A DNA stretch of 59,364 bases, filler included. It is 4 parts of 4 records of this genome, joined end to end, with 100 filler letters (N's around TTAATTAATTAA, not from the genome) between each part and the next. Parts side by side here need not be neighbours in the genome. Positions count along the whole stretch, not along the records: positions 1 to 30,508 come from DRR723986_5536; 3 more parts are not named here. The stretch is one strand, 5' to 3'. The notes under the pieces were generated by a model. That model was not told the origin of the DNA and did no database searches. It saw nothing but the letters and a program-made list of their open reading frames with translations. The position numbers and the translations under genes are program-made. This document shows, piece by piece, positions 9,208 to 17,630 of this stretch (positions within the stretch are counted from its first letter, which is position 1; the number at the start of each line of letters is the position of its first letter).

Positions 9208-9617
9208 GCTTCAATGCCCATGCGGGTGAGAATTCGCTCCGCGCTGTCGTTCCAGACATCCATCTTTGTGATCTTGCCGTCATGCACTTCGAACCGATCG
9301 ACATACCGGTTGCCTTCGAAGGCGGTTCCGTCCGGCCATTCACCGTAAAGCGTCCCGACAGAGTAGACGACAACCCCTTCCGCCCCGCGGGCAACGTCGA
9401 AACGGTCCATCTTTTTCTTCACCCAGTTGTACCGCTTCGCGTTAAAGCCGGTCGGACCTGAGGGATGGTTGAATACCCGTCCGCCCGTAAACGTGATCGT
9501 CACATCGTCGGCAACGTATGTCGCAGCGAGATCCGGATCGGGTTTCATGGAAGCGTCGAGATATTCCCTGACGATCTGCGCTTCCTCGGGAAGAGTGTCT
9601 TTGTTTTCGTCCTGCAT
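9204..9617 (-). CDS. SnoaL-like / NTF2-fold protein
   Basis: 137 aa; GTLYGEWPDGTAFEGNRYVDRFEVHDGKITKMDVWND is a typical NTF2-like C-terminus. RBS AAGGA. Confidence 0.85.
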   Translation of the reverse strand: MQDENKDTLPEEAQIVREYLDASMKPDPDLAATYVADDVTITFTGGRVFNHPSGPTGFNAKRYNWVKKKMDRFDVARGAEGVVVYSVGTLYGEWPDGTAFEGNRYVDRFEVHDGKITKMDVWNDSAERILTRMGIEA

Positions 9618-9668
9618 GGGGCGTCCTTTTCAAAATGGCCTTCTGGAGCATAAATCCTGTCCGGTTTT

Positions 9669-9704
9669 TTGCATGCAAGTTTTGTATGCAAAGATTGCAT
9701 GCAA
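9669..9704. promoter_or_regulatory. Three tandem palindromic boxes (TTGCATGCAA, TTGTATGCAA, TTGCATGCAA), candidate GntR operators
   Basis: Boxes start at 9669, 9682 and 9695 (exact 13-bp period) in the divergent SnoaL/ABC intergenic region. Confidence 0.7.
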
Positions 9705-9851
9705 TTTAAGCGAAATTCTGATGTCATCGAAGGTCTGTAAAGGCCGAAATTGGGTAAGTAATTGAAATGTATAGCGATCAGTGAACTGGCATCTGACTTG
9801 CTCTTGAAATGGCGTTCGGACGTGTCGTCCGGAAAACCAGAGGAGCCGTTC

Positions 9852-11039
9852 ATGAAATCCGCTTGCAAATTTCCGAAGGTGACACGCCGCGTCCTGATGT
9901 CAGGTGCTGTCGGCCTCGCCCTGGCCACCAGCCTGCCGGCCTTCGCCGCCGATACAATCAAGATCGGCCTTGTTGCCGCGCTAAGCGGTCAGTCCGCCAA
10001 GTCCGGACAGGCAATTACACGTGGCCTGACCATCGCTATTGATGAGATCAACGAGAAGGGCGGTGTCCTTGGCAAACCGCTTGAACTTGTAAGCCGCGAT
10101 GACGAAAGCAACCCGGGAAAGGGGCTTGTCGCCGCACGTGAGCTTGTCCAGCGCGAAGGCGTTGCGGCTCTGATCGGCGGTCTGGACACGCCGGTCTCCT
10201 TTGCAATCGTTCCCTTTGCAAACCAGTCAAAAGTGCCTTTTGTCGGGCCCTGGGCTGCAGGCACCGGCATCACCAAGAACGGTGCTGAAGAGAACTACAT
10301 CTTCCGCGTCTCCGCCGTTGATGAATATGTCGACGAAGCGATCACCGAGTATCTGGTCACCAAATACGGCTCCAAGAAACCGGGGATGATCCTCATCAAC
10401 AACCCATGGGGCGAGTCCAACGAGAAGGGGCTTTTGAAAGCTCTCGAGAAGCGCGGCATGGAGCATGCTGGTATCGAGAAGTTCGAGTCCAATGACGTCG
10501 ATGTCGTACCGCAGCTCACGCGCCTCAAGGAAAACGGCGCGGATGGCCTGTTTGTGGTGGCTAACGTTGCCCCGACCGCACAGGTGGTGAAATCACTCGA
10601 CCGGATGGGCTGGGATGTTGCCATGGCATCGCACTGGGGCCCGGCAGGCGGACGGTTCACGGAACTGGCCGGCAAGAGCGGCGAGAAGCTCCACTTCATC
10701 CAGACCTACCTGTTCCGGGAGGGCGATGCGAAGGGCGAGGCCATGTTCTCGAAGCTTCAGGAAAGCTTTCCCGAAATCAAGACCATGGCCGATGTGACAC
10801 CCGCAACCGGTATCGCCAATGCCTATGACGCCATGCTTCTGCTGGCTGCTGCCATCGAGAAGGCCGGTTCCACCGATGGTCCGGCTATCCGACAGGCGAT
10901 GTACGACATCGAGAACATCGAAGGCCTGATCAAGACCTACACCGATCCGTTCTCGCCGGAAGACCAGGATGCGATCGCGCCTGAAGACTATGTCTTCGCG
11001 CAATTCGTCGAAGGCGAAATCATCCCGATTGAAGATTGA
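9852..11039 (+). CDS. Liv-type (branched-chain amino acid family) ABC substrate-binding protein
   Basis: Signal peptide with RR (VTRRVLM...AFA), IKIGLVAALSG, DEINEKGGVLG. RBS AGGAG before the ATG at 9852. Confidence 0.92.
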   Translation: MKSACKFPKVTRRVLMSGAVGLALATSLPAFAADTIKIGLVAALSGQSAKSGQAITRGLTIAIDEINEKGGVLGKPLELVSRDDESNPGKGLVAARELVQREGVAALIGGLDTPVSFAIVPFANQSKVPFVGPWAAGTGITKNGAEENYIFRVSAVDEYVDEAITEYLVTKYGSKKPGMILINNPWGESNEKGLLKALEKRGMEHAGIEKFESNDVDVVPQLTRLKENGADGLFVVANVAPTAQVVKSLDRMGWDVAMASHWGPAGGRFTELAGKSGEKLHFIQTYLFREGDAKGEAMFSKLQESFPEIKTMADVTPATGIANAYDAMLLLAAAIEKAGSTDGPAIRQAMYDIENIEGLIKTYTDPFSPEDQDAIAPEDYVFAQFVEGEIIPIED

Positions 11040-11046
11040 TGATGTC

Positions 11047-11084
11047 ACCTCCCGCGGCAGGCCCGCGGGAGGTTTCTTTCCTTT
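11047..11084 (+). terminator. Stem-loop after SBP gene (attenuator / mRNA stabiliser)
   Basis: ACCTCCCGCGG-caggc-CCGCGGGAGGT followed by ttctttccttt. Confidence 0.65.
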
Positions 11085-11124
11085 GAATTAGCCCTGATCC
11101 CGTCTCACCCGCCAGGACCCACCC

Positions 11125-12000
11125 ATGACCCTCTTGATCGCCGCCCTTGTCACCGGCATTGGCCTTGGAAGCATGTACGGGCTGATCGCGCTCGGCTTTC
11201 AGATCACCTATTCCGTTTCTTCCACCGTCAATTTCGCGCAAGGCAGCGTTGTCATGCTGGGCGCGGTTCTGGGCTTTGTCTTTACCGAACGGCTCGGCTT
11301 GAACTGGCTGATCGCCTATCCGCTTGCGATCGCCTGCTGCGGCCTTTTTGGCGTGCTTGTTGAAATACTTCTGGTTCGTCCCTTCGTGGAACGCAATTCG
11401 GAAGCCTGGCTGATGGCGACCGTCGCGGGCGGCATCTTTCTCGACAACGCCGTCCTCTTCAGCTTCGGCAACGAACCGCGGACATTGTTTTCGCCTTTGG
11501 CGCAGACCACCTGGCAGTTCGCCGGCACGGGCATCTATCCGCAGCAACTGCTTATTCCGATTGCCGCCATCGGTGTTGCTCTGGCGCTGCACTTCCTGTT
11601 CCGCAAGACCTTGCAGGGCAGGGCGCTGCTTGCCGTCGTCCAGAACAATCAGGCAGCACGGCTCATGGGGATCAACACAACCATGATGGTGTCCGGTTCC
11701 TTTGCGATTTCGGCCATGCTTGCCGGATGTGCCGGTCTTTTGATCGCGCCGCTGTTTTCCGTGCATTCGGACATGGGAACGCTCTTTGGGCTCAAGGCCT
11801 TCGCGGTGGCAATCCTGGGCGGCATGACATCGGCAGCCGGCGTCATGCTGGCAGGCTTTCTCTATGGGGTGACGGAAGCCCTGGTAACGGCCTACCTGGG
11901 CTCATCTTCCACCTACATCGTTGTCTTTGCGCTGATCATCCTTGCACTGACATTGAAGCCGGACGGTCTCTTCGGTCGTCCCGCTGTAAAGAAAGTCTGA
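11125..12000 (+). CDS. Liv-type ABC permease (LivH-like)
   Basis: GSMYGLIALG, VNFAQG, AARLMGIN, KAFAVAILGG, KPDGLFG. Confidence 0.93.
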   Translation: MTLLIAALVTGIGLGSMYGLIALGFQITYSVSSTVNFAQGSVVMLGAVLGFVFTERLGLNWLIAYPLAIACCGLFGVLVEILLVRPFVERNSEAWLMATVAGGIFLDNAVLFSFGNEPRTLFSPLAQTTWQFAGTGIYPQQLLIPIAAIGVALALHFLFRKTLQGRALLAVVQNNQAARLMGINTTMMVSGSFAISAMLAGCAGLLIAPLFSVHSDMGTLFGLKAFAVAILGGMTSAAGVMLAGFLYGVTEALVTAYLGSSSTYIVVFALIILALTLKPDGLFGRPAVKKV

Positions 12001-12009
12001 GGAAGAGCC

Positions 12010-14529
12010 GTGCCCTTTCTGAACCAGCGAATTCTTCTCGACAGCGTGTTGTTCGTTATGACCGTTGCAGCCTGTGCGATGGCCGTGACAAGCGGTGGCT
12101 ACACGCAGTTCGTCATCGGCCTTGTTGCAATCACGACCATCCTGGGGACCGGTCTCAACGTTCTTTATGGTTTGACTGGTCTGGTCTCACTTGGCCAGGT
12201 GGGTTTCTTTGCCATCGGCGCTTATGGTGTGGCGGTGATGACCCTGTCTGGCCTGAGCTTCTGGCTGGCACTGCCCTTGTCCGCACTCGTGGCGGGGATC
12301 GCGGGCGTTCTGCTGGCGGTGCCTGCCGTCCGTATGGCGGGGCCGTTCCTGGCAATGGTCACGATTGCCTTCGCGTTCATTGTCGAACACGGCGCGGTGG
12401 AATGGCGTTCCCTGACTGGCGGTCAGAATGGCCTCATGGGCTTTCCGATGCCGGAGATCCTGGGCTTCTTGTTCACCGAGCAGGAACTGGTGGTGCTGGC
12501 CATCCTGCTTGCCGGATTGTCTCTTTACCTGTTTCGCCGATTGGCCGAAAGCGGCTGGGGCATGGCAATGACGGGCGTACGCGATGCTGAAACCGCAGCT
12601 GCCTCGCTTGGATATCGGCCCTTCGCGGTCAAGGCGGCCGCGTTTGCCATTGCGGCGGCGATGGCCGGGCTTGCGGGCGGTCTGTTTGCACCGTTGATGA
12701 TGTTCATCGCGCCGAGCAATTTCCCGTTCTCGCAGTCGATCCTGTTTCTCTTCGCAATCCTGATCGGCGGCGCCGGCACCGTGCTGGGGCCACTCGCCGG
12801 TGCGCTGGTAACCGTCCTGCTGCCGGAGTTCCTTTCAGATCTTGCAGAATACCGGCTGCTGTTCTTTGGCGGTTTGCTGGTGGGCGTGTTGCTGATTGCG
12901 CCTCGCGGGCTGGTCGGCACGGTGGCGTCTTACATTCCGAGATCGAGCCGAAGCGTGACGCCGGTTTCTTCCGCAGACATCGAGCAGTTCCTCAAGGGCG
13001 GGCTTTCCTCAAGTGCACTGGAGATTGAAGACCTCGGCATTTCGTTCGGCGGTGTTCGGGCAGTCGATGGCGTCAGCTTCCGGATCGAGCCCGGCGAGGT
13101 AACATCCATCATCGGTCCGAACGGTGCGGGAAAGACCACCGTCCTCAACATGATAGGCGGGTTCTACCGTCCAACGCAGGGCAGGATCCTGCTTGGAAGC
13201 CGGGACCTTGCCGGGCTACCGGCCCATGCGGTTGCCCGATCGGGGATTGCCCGGACCTACCAGACGACCAAACTTTTCGAGAACCTGACGGTGCTTGCAA
13301 ATGTCGTCTCCGGGTTGGGGCGTGGTGCCTTCGGCGACCCGTGGTCCGACATTCAGTCGCCAGATCGTTTGTCGCTGGCGGCTGGACTGTTGCGATACTG
13401 TGGCTATGAAGGTGACTTCGACAAGCGTGCCGGTGATCTGCCGCATGTCGACCGCAGGCTGGTGGAGATCGCACGTGCGCTTGCCCTGAAACCTGACATC
13501 CTTCTTCTGGATGAACCGGCAGCCGGACTGATGCGTGCCGATAAGGACAAGTTAGCCATGCTGCTGCGGGATATTGCCGACCTGGGGCCTGCAGTTGTGC
13601 TCGTCGAACATGACATGGAACTGGTCATGGGGATTTCGGACCGGATCCAGGCGGTTGACGCCGGCAAGCCTATTGCCTTTGGCACCCCGGCAGAGATTCA
13701 GGCAAACGAAACAGTGATTGCAGCCTACCTCGGCACCGGTGGCGCCACGGCCTTCCCGCGCATAAAACCGTTGCATACGGAAGAAACGCCTGTTCTTTCG
13801 ACACAGAAGCTGACTGCAGGATATGGCGCGGCTCCGGTGTTGAAAGAGGTATCACTGAAGGTGCGGCCAGGCGAAATGGTGGCTCTGCTCGGGGCGAATG
13901 GTGCAGGAAAATCGACGTTTCTTTCTGCCGTTTCGGGTCTGCACAGGCCGGTCACCGGAAGCATAATCCTGAATGACGAGCAGACACAGGCCATGCAGCC
14001 GCATGAACTCGTCGGGCGTGGTCTTGTGCTGGTTCCCGAAGGCCGCCAGGTGTTTCCGGAACTGACAGTGCGCGAGAACATCGAACTGGGTGCCTACAAA
14101 AGACATTCGGCAGTCAACAGCTCGGAACTGGAAGCTCATCTGAAGCGGTTTCCGCGCCTGCGTGACAGGTTGCACAGCCGCGCAGGGCTCCTTTCGGGCG
14201 GTGAGCAGCAGATGATGGCAATTGCCCGCGGTCTCATGACGAAACCCAAGATCCTGCTCCTGGACGAACCTTCGCTTGGATTGGCTCCGGCGATGGTTGA
14301 GGAGCTTTATGCGATCCTTGGTGAGTTGCGGGACGAAGGCATCACCATTCTGCTTGTCGACCAGATGGCGACGCTTGCTCTCGCCGTTGCAGATTACGCC
14401 TACGTATTGGAGCAAGGCCGTATCGTGATTGAAGGCAAGGCTTCGGATCTGGCTTCGGACCCGCGGCTGACGGCGGCCTATCTCGGCGCCACCAATGAAC
14501 AGGAAACTCGCATGGAGGCGAGGGTATGA
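12010..14529 (+). CDS. Fused LivM-type permease + two ABC ATPase domains (LivG- and LivF-like)
   Basis: N-terminal TM region (GLVSLGQVGFFAIGAY); Walker A motifs GPNGAGKTT and GANGAGKST; Walker B motifs LLLDEPAAG and LLLDEPSLG; LSGGEQQ. Confidence 0.92.
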   Translation: MPFLNQRILLDSVLFVMTVAACAMAVTSGGYTQFVIGLVAITTILGTGLNVLYGLTGLVSLGQVGFFAIGAYGVAVMTLSGLSFWLALPLSALVAGIAGVLLAVPAVRMAGPFLAMVTIAFAFIVEHGAVEWRSLTGGQNGLMGFPMPEILGFLFTEQELVVLAILLAGLSLYLFRRLAESGWGMAMTGVRDAETAAASLGYRPFAVKAAAFAIAAAMAGLAGGLFAPLMMFIAPSNFPFSQSILFLFAILIGGAGTVLGPLAGALVTVLLPEFLSDLAEYRLLFFGGLLVGVLLIAPRGLVGTVASYIPRSSRSVTPVSSADIEQFLKGGLSSSALEIEDLGISFGGVRAVDGVSFRIEPGEVTSIIGPNGAGKTTVLNMIGGFYRPTQGRILLGSRDLAGLPAHAVARSGIARTYQTTKLFENLTVLANVVSGLGRGAFGDPWSDIQSPDRLSLAAGLLRYCGYEGDFDKRAGDLPHVDRRLVEIARALALKPDILLLDEPAAGLMRADKDKLAMLLRDIADLGPAVVLVEHDMELVMGISDRIQAVDAGKPIAFGTPAEIQANETVIAAYLGTGGATAFPRIKPLHTEETPVLSTQKLTAGYGAAPVLKEVSLKVRPGEMVALLGANGAGKSTFLSAVSGLHRPVTGSIILNDEQTQAMQPHELVGRGLVLVPEGRQVFPELTVRENIELGAYKRHSAVNSSELEAHLKRFPRLRDRLHSRAGLLSGGEQQMMAIARGLMTKPKILLLDEPSLGLAPAMVEELYAILGELRDEGITILLVDQMATLALAVADYAYVLEQGRIVIEGKASDLASDPRLTAAYLGATNEQETRMEARV

Positions 14530-15794
14530 GCGGGCTAGTAATCCGGAACGTCCTGCTGGAGGGCGCTGATGTGGCTGTCGATATTGCGGTTAAGGCCGGA
14601 AAGATTTCGGCGATAGGAGCCGACCTGCCCACGAGTGCGGAAGAATTGAATGGCAACGGCGTTCTCCTGGTGCCGGGATTTGTCGAGAGCCATCTTCACC
14701 TCGACAAGGCCTGCATTCTCGACCGCTGCCGGAACGAGACAGGCACGCTGGAAGGAGCGATCTCGTCAGTTGCAGAGGCAAAGAAAGGGTTTTCGGAAGA
14801 AGACGTCTACGACCGTGGTCGCAAGGTTCTCGAAAAGGCCATTACTCAGGGCACCAACGCCATCCGGACACATGTGGAGATCGATCCGGGCATCGGCCTG
14901 ACGGGGTTTCACGCCATTCAGCGGCTGAAGCAGGATTTCTCCTGGGCGCTGGACCTGCAGATATGTGTCTTTCCGCAAGAAGGGCTGATCAACAACCCGG
15001 GTACTGCCGAATTGCTGGAAGAGGCACTCACAGCCGGAGCGGACCTGCTGGGGGGGTGTCCCTATACGGACAGCGATCCGAATGGCCAGATTGCCTGCCT
15101 GTTCGAAATGGCCGAGCGCCACGATGTAGATCTCGATTTCCATCTGGATTTCGATCTCGATCCATCCTGGCGTCATCTTGACGAAATCGCCCGACAGACA
15201 GTCGCCTTCGGCTGGCAGGGAAGGGTCGCGATCGGCCATGTCACCAAGCTGTCAGCCCTTTCCCGAAAGGACCTTCTGGAGGCGGTGCGAATTCTGAAAA
15301 GCGCTGAAATCGCGCTTACCGTTCTGCCGTCGACGGATCTGTTTCTGATGGGACGTGGCAGCGAAAGCCTGGTGCCACGCGGGGTCGCGCCGGCGCATGT
15401 CTTTCATGAACACGGCGTTTGCTGCACGGTCGCAACAAACAACGTGCTCAATCCCTTCACGCCCTATGGCGACTGCTCCTTGCCACGCATGGCCAATCTT
15501 TATGCCAATGTTCACCAGCTCGGATCAGCGGAAGACCTGAAGGCCTGTTTTGACATGGTAACGGCTGCACCACGGAGGCTGATCAACAAGGCTCACAGGA
15601 TCGAAGTCGGCGAAGCGGCCACCTTCGTGGCGCTGCCGGCCATGAGCGGACATCAGATCGTTTCGGAAATCATCCGGCCGGTCTGGGGGATGAAGAATGG
15701 AAAATTCACGTTCGAGCAGGCTCCTGCCAGGTTGATGGGCCCATTGTCAGCGCAAGGCCGGACCGAGGAAAGGCGAGCGGCTCTTGTGCCCTAG
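14526..15794 (+). CDS. Amidohydrolase superfamily protein, cytosine-deaminase (CodA)-like fold, substrate unknown
   Basis: PGFVESHLHLDK, IRTHVE, FPQEG, DFHLDF, GHVTKL, ATNNVLNPF. Confidence 0.85.
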   Translation: MSGLVIRNVLLEGADVAVDIAVKAGKISAIGADLPTSAEELNGNGVLLVPGFVESHLHLDKACILDRCRNETGTLEGAISSVAEAKKGFSEEDVYDRGRKVLEKAITQGTNAIRTHVEIDPGIGLTGFHAIQRLKQDFSWALDLQICVFPQEGLINNPGTAELLEEALTAGADLLGGCPYTDSDPNGQIACLFEMAERHDVDLDFHLDFDLDPSWRHLDEIARQTVAFGWQGRVAIGHVTKLSALSRKDLLEAVRILKSAEIALTVLPSTDLFLMGRGSESLVPRGVAPAHVFHEHGVCCTVATNNVLNPFTPYGDCSLPRMANLYANVHQLGSAEDLKACFDMVTAAPRRLINKAHRIEVGEAATFVALPAMSGHQIVSEIIRPVWGMKNGKFTFEQAPARLMGPLSAQGRTEERRAALVP

Positions 15795-16585
15795 CTGCTC
15801 GTGGACGAGACCACTTGCGCTGTTGTGCTGCCGCGTGTGCGCATGGCGGCACGTTCCTTCATGTATTTTTCCGCCTCGATCATATGACCGCGCATGATCA
15901 TGCGGCAGAGTTCGGCATCACCCGATTTTATCGCCCGCAGCAACTGCACCTGATAGTGCAGTCCCGTTTCGCGCAGGGCAGGGTTCGGTTCCTTGTAGAT
16001 CGAGCGGCAGACCGTCATGTCGCGTAGCAGGCTGAGCAGGAAGGAACATGTGAAGGCCAGGATCGGGTTCTTGCAGTGTCGGGCCAGTTCTTCGTGAAAA
16101 TCAAGCTCGGCCAAGCGCTGCGAATATTCTTCTTCCGCCGTCTTCGGCTCGTCCTCGTAAAGCCGGATGCAGCCCTGCAAGGCCTGAAAACCTTCGTCTG
16201 TCAGTGTTCCGGCAACCGAGGCGGCAAGTTCCGGCTCAAGCTGTTTCCGGAGTGTGTATATGTCGGCAATCGTCGGCTGGTCGAACAGGAACAGATTGTC
16301 CAGCATGCGGATGGCTTCACCTGGCTCCACCGATGCGACGAAGACACCGCCGCCCGGACCGCTACGCGTTGAAATCAACCCCTGGAACTCCAGAACCTTC
16401 AAAGCCTCACGCAGTGAACCACGTGACACCCTGACCGTTTCTGGCTGAAGCCATTCGGCGGGGATCCTGTCACCGGGGCGCAGACCGGCTTCGACGATCT
16501 GTTCGCGGATCTGCTGGGCAACCATGTCGGGCCGCCGCAGGCGTTTCCGTGTCTTGGGATCTGTCGCTCCTTCGGGAATTCTCAT
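15791..16585 (-). CDS. FadR/GntR family transcriptional regulator
   Basis: LRPGDRIP...VSRGSLREALKVLEFQGLI...GPGGG and an FCD domain (LDFHEEL). Confidence 0.92.
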   Translation of the reverse strand: MRIPEGATDPKTRKRLRRPDMVAQQIREQIVEAGLRPGDRIPAEWLQPETVRVSRGSLREALKVLEFQGLISTRSGPGGGVFVASVEPGEAIRMLDNLFLFDQPTIADIYTLRKQLEPELAASVAGTLTDEGFQALQGCIRLYEDEPKTAEEEYSQRLAELDFHEELARHCKNPILAFTCSFLLSLLRDMTVCRSIYKEPNPALRETGLHYQVQLLRAIKSGDAELCRMIMRGHMIEAEKYMKERAAMRTRGSTTAQVVSSTSS

Positions 16586-16622
16586 GACCGGTTAAACTGC
16601 ATTGCCTTGTTTTTTGGGGAGC

Positions 16623-17630
16623 CTATGCCTTCCCGAGTGGGTGATAGCAAGCCGCAACGTGATTGTTGCCGCCTTTGGCCTCGTCCGGTGACGGTTTGCC
16701 GGCAACGCAGATATCCGTGCGGTGCGCACAGCGCGCGGCAAAGGCGCAGCCTTCAGGAGGATTGTAGGGATCCGGCAATTCGGCAGAGGCGTCTTCCGAC
16801 ATCAGGTCGTGCCGCCCGGGGGCGGGCGCGGAGCGCATTAGCAGATCCGTATAGGGATGTAGCGGCTTGCGGAAGATTTCTCTGGCTGGACCCAGTTCGG
16901 CCATCCGGCCGAAATACATCACCGCCACGCGGTCGCTGACACTTTCCACTACCGAAAGATCGTGGCTGATGAAGATGTAGGTGAGGCCGAAGTCGTCCTT
17001 CAGCTTGTCCAGCAGGTTCAACACCTGGGCTTGCACCGAGACATCAAGGGCAGACACGGGCTCATCAAGCACGATCAGCTCAGGCCCGGCCGCAAGGGCC
17101 CGCGCAATGCCGATCCGCTGCGTCTGGCCGCCGGAGAATTCATGGGGGTAGCGTTCCAGGAACTCCGGCGCCAGGTTGACCGCCTGCAGCAGCTCGGCAA
17201 GGCGCTTCTCGCGACCATCGGAATTCAGGTTTGTCAGGTGCTTGAGCGGAGCTTCCAGGATGGTCCTGATGGTCTTGCGCGGATTGAGCGAGGCAACCGG
17301 ATCCTGAAAGACATATTGAACCTTGCGGGCGAGAGCGTTGCGGTCCTTTTTTGCCAGTGCCGCAAGATCCTCACCGTTGAAGGTGATCGAGCCGGATGTC
17401 GGCAGATCGAGACCGACGACGAGGCGCGCGAGGGTGGACTTGCCGCAGCCCGACTCTCCGACGACACCGAGAGTCTCTCCTTTCTTTACATCGAGACTGA
17501 GACCCTGAACCGCGTGCACGGCGGGAAGATGACCGCCAAAGAGCTTCCGGCCGCCGCCGAAAATGCGCTCGACATCCTGAATGGTCAGAAGGGCTTCGCT
17601 GTCCATGTGGTTCTGGCTTATCTCGTTCAT
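16623..17630 (-). CDS. Oligopeptide/dipeptide ABC transporter ATP-binding protein
   Basis: [30 protein letters not shown] and C-terminal Cys motif. Confidence 0.94.
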   Translation of the reverse strand: MNEISQNHMDSEALLTIQDVERIFGGGRKLFGGHLPAVHAVQGLSLDVKKGETLGVVGESGCGKSTLARLVVGLDLPTSGSITFNGEDLAALAKKDRNALARKVQYVFQDPVASLNPRKTIRTILEAPLKHLTNLNSDGREKRLAELLQAVNLAPEFLERYPHEFSGGQTQRIGIARALAAGPELIVLDEPVSALDVSVQAQVLNLLDKLKDDFGLTYIFISHDLSVVESVSDRVAVMYFGRMAELGPAREIFRKPLHPYTDLLMRSAPAPGRHDLMSEDASAELPDPYNPPEGCAFAARCAHRTDICVAGKPSPDEAKGGNNHVAACYHPLGKA

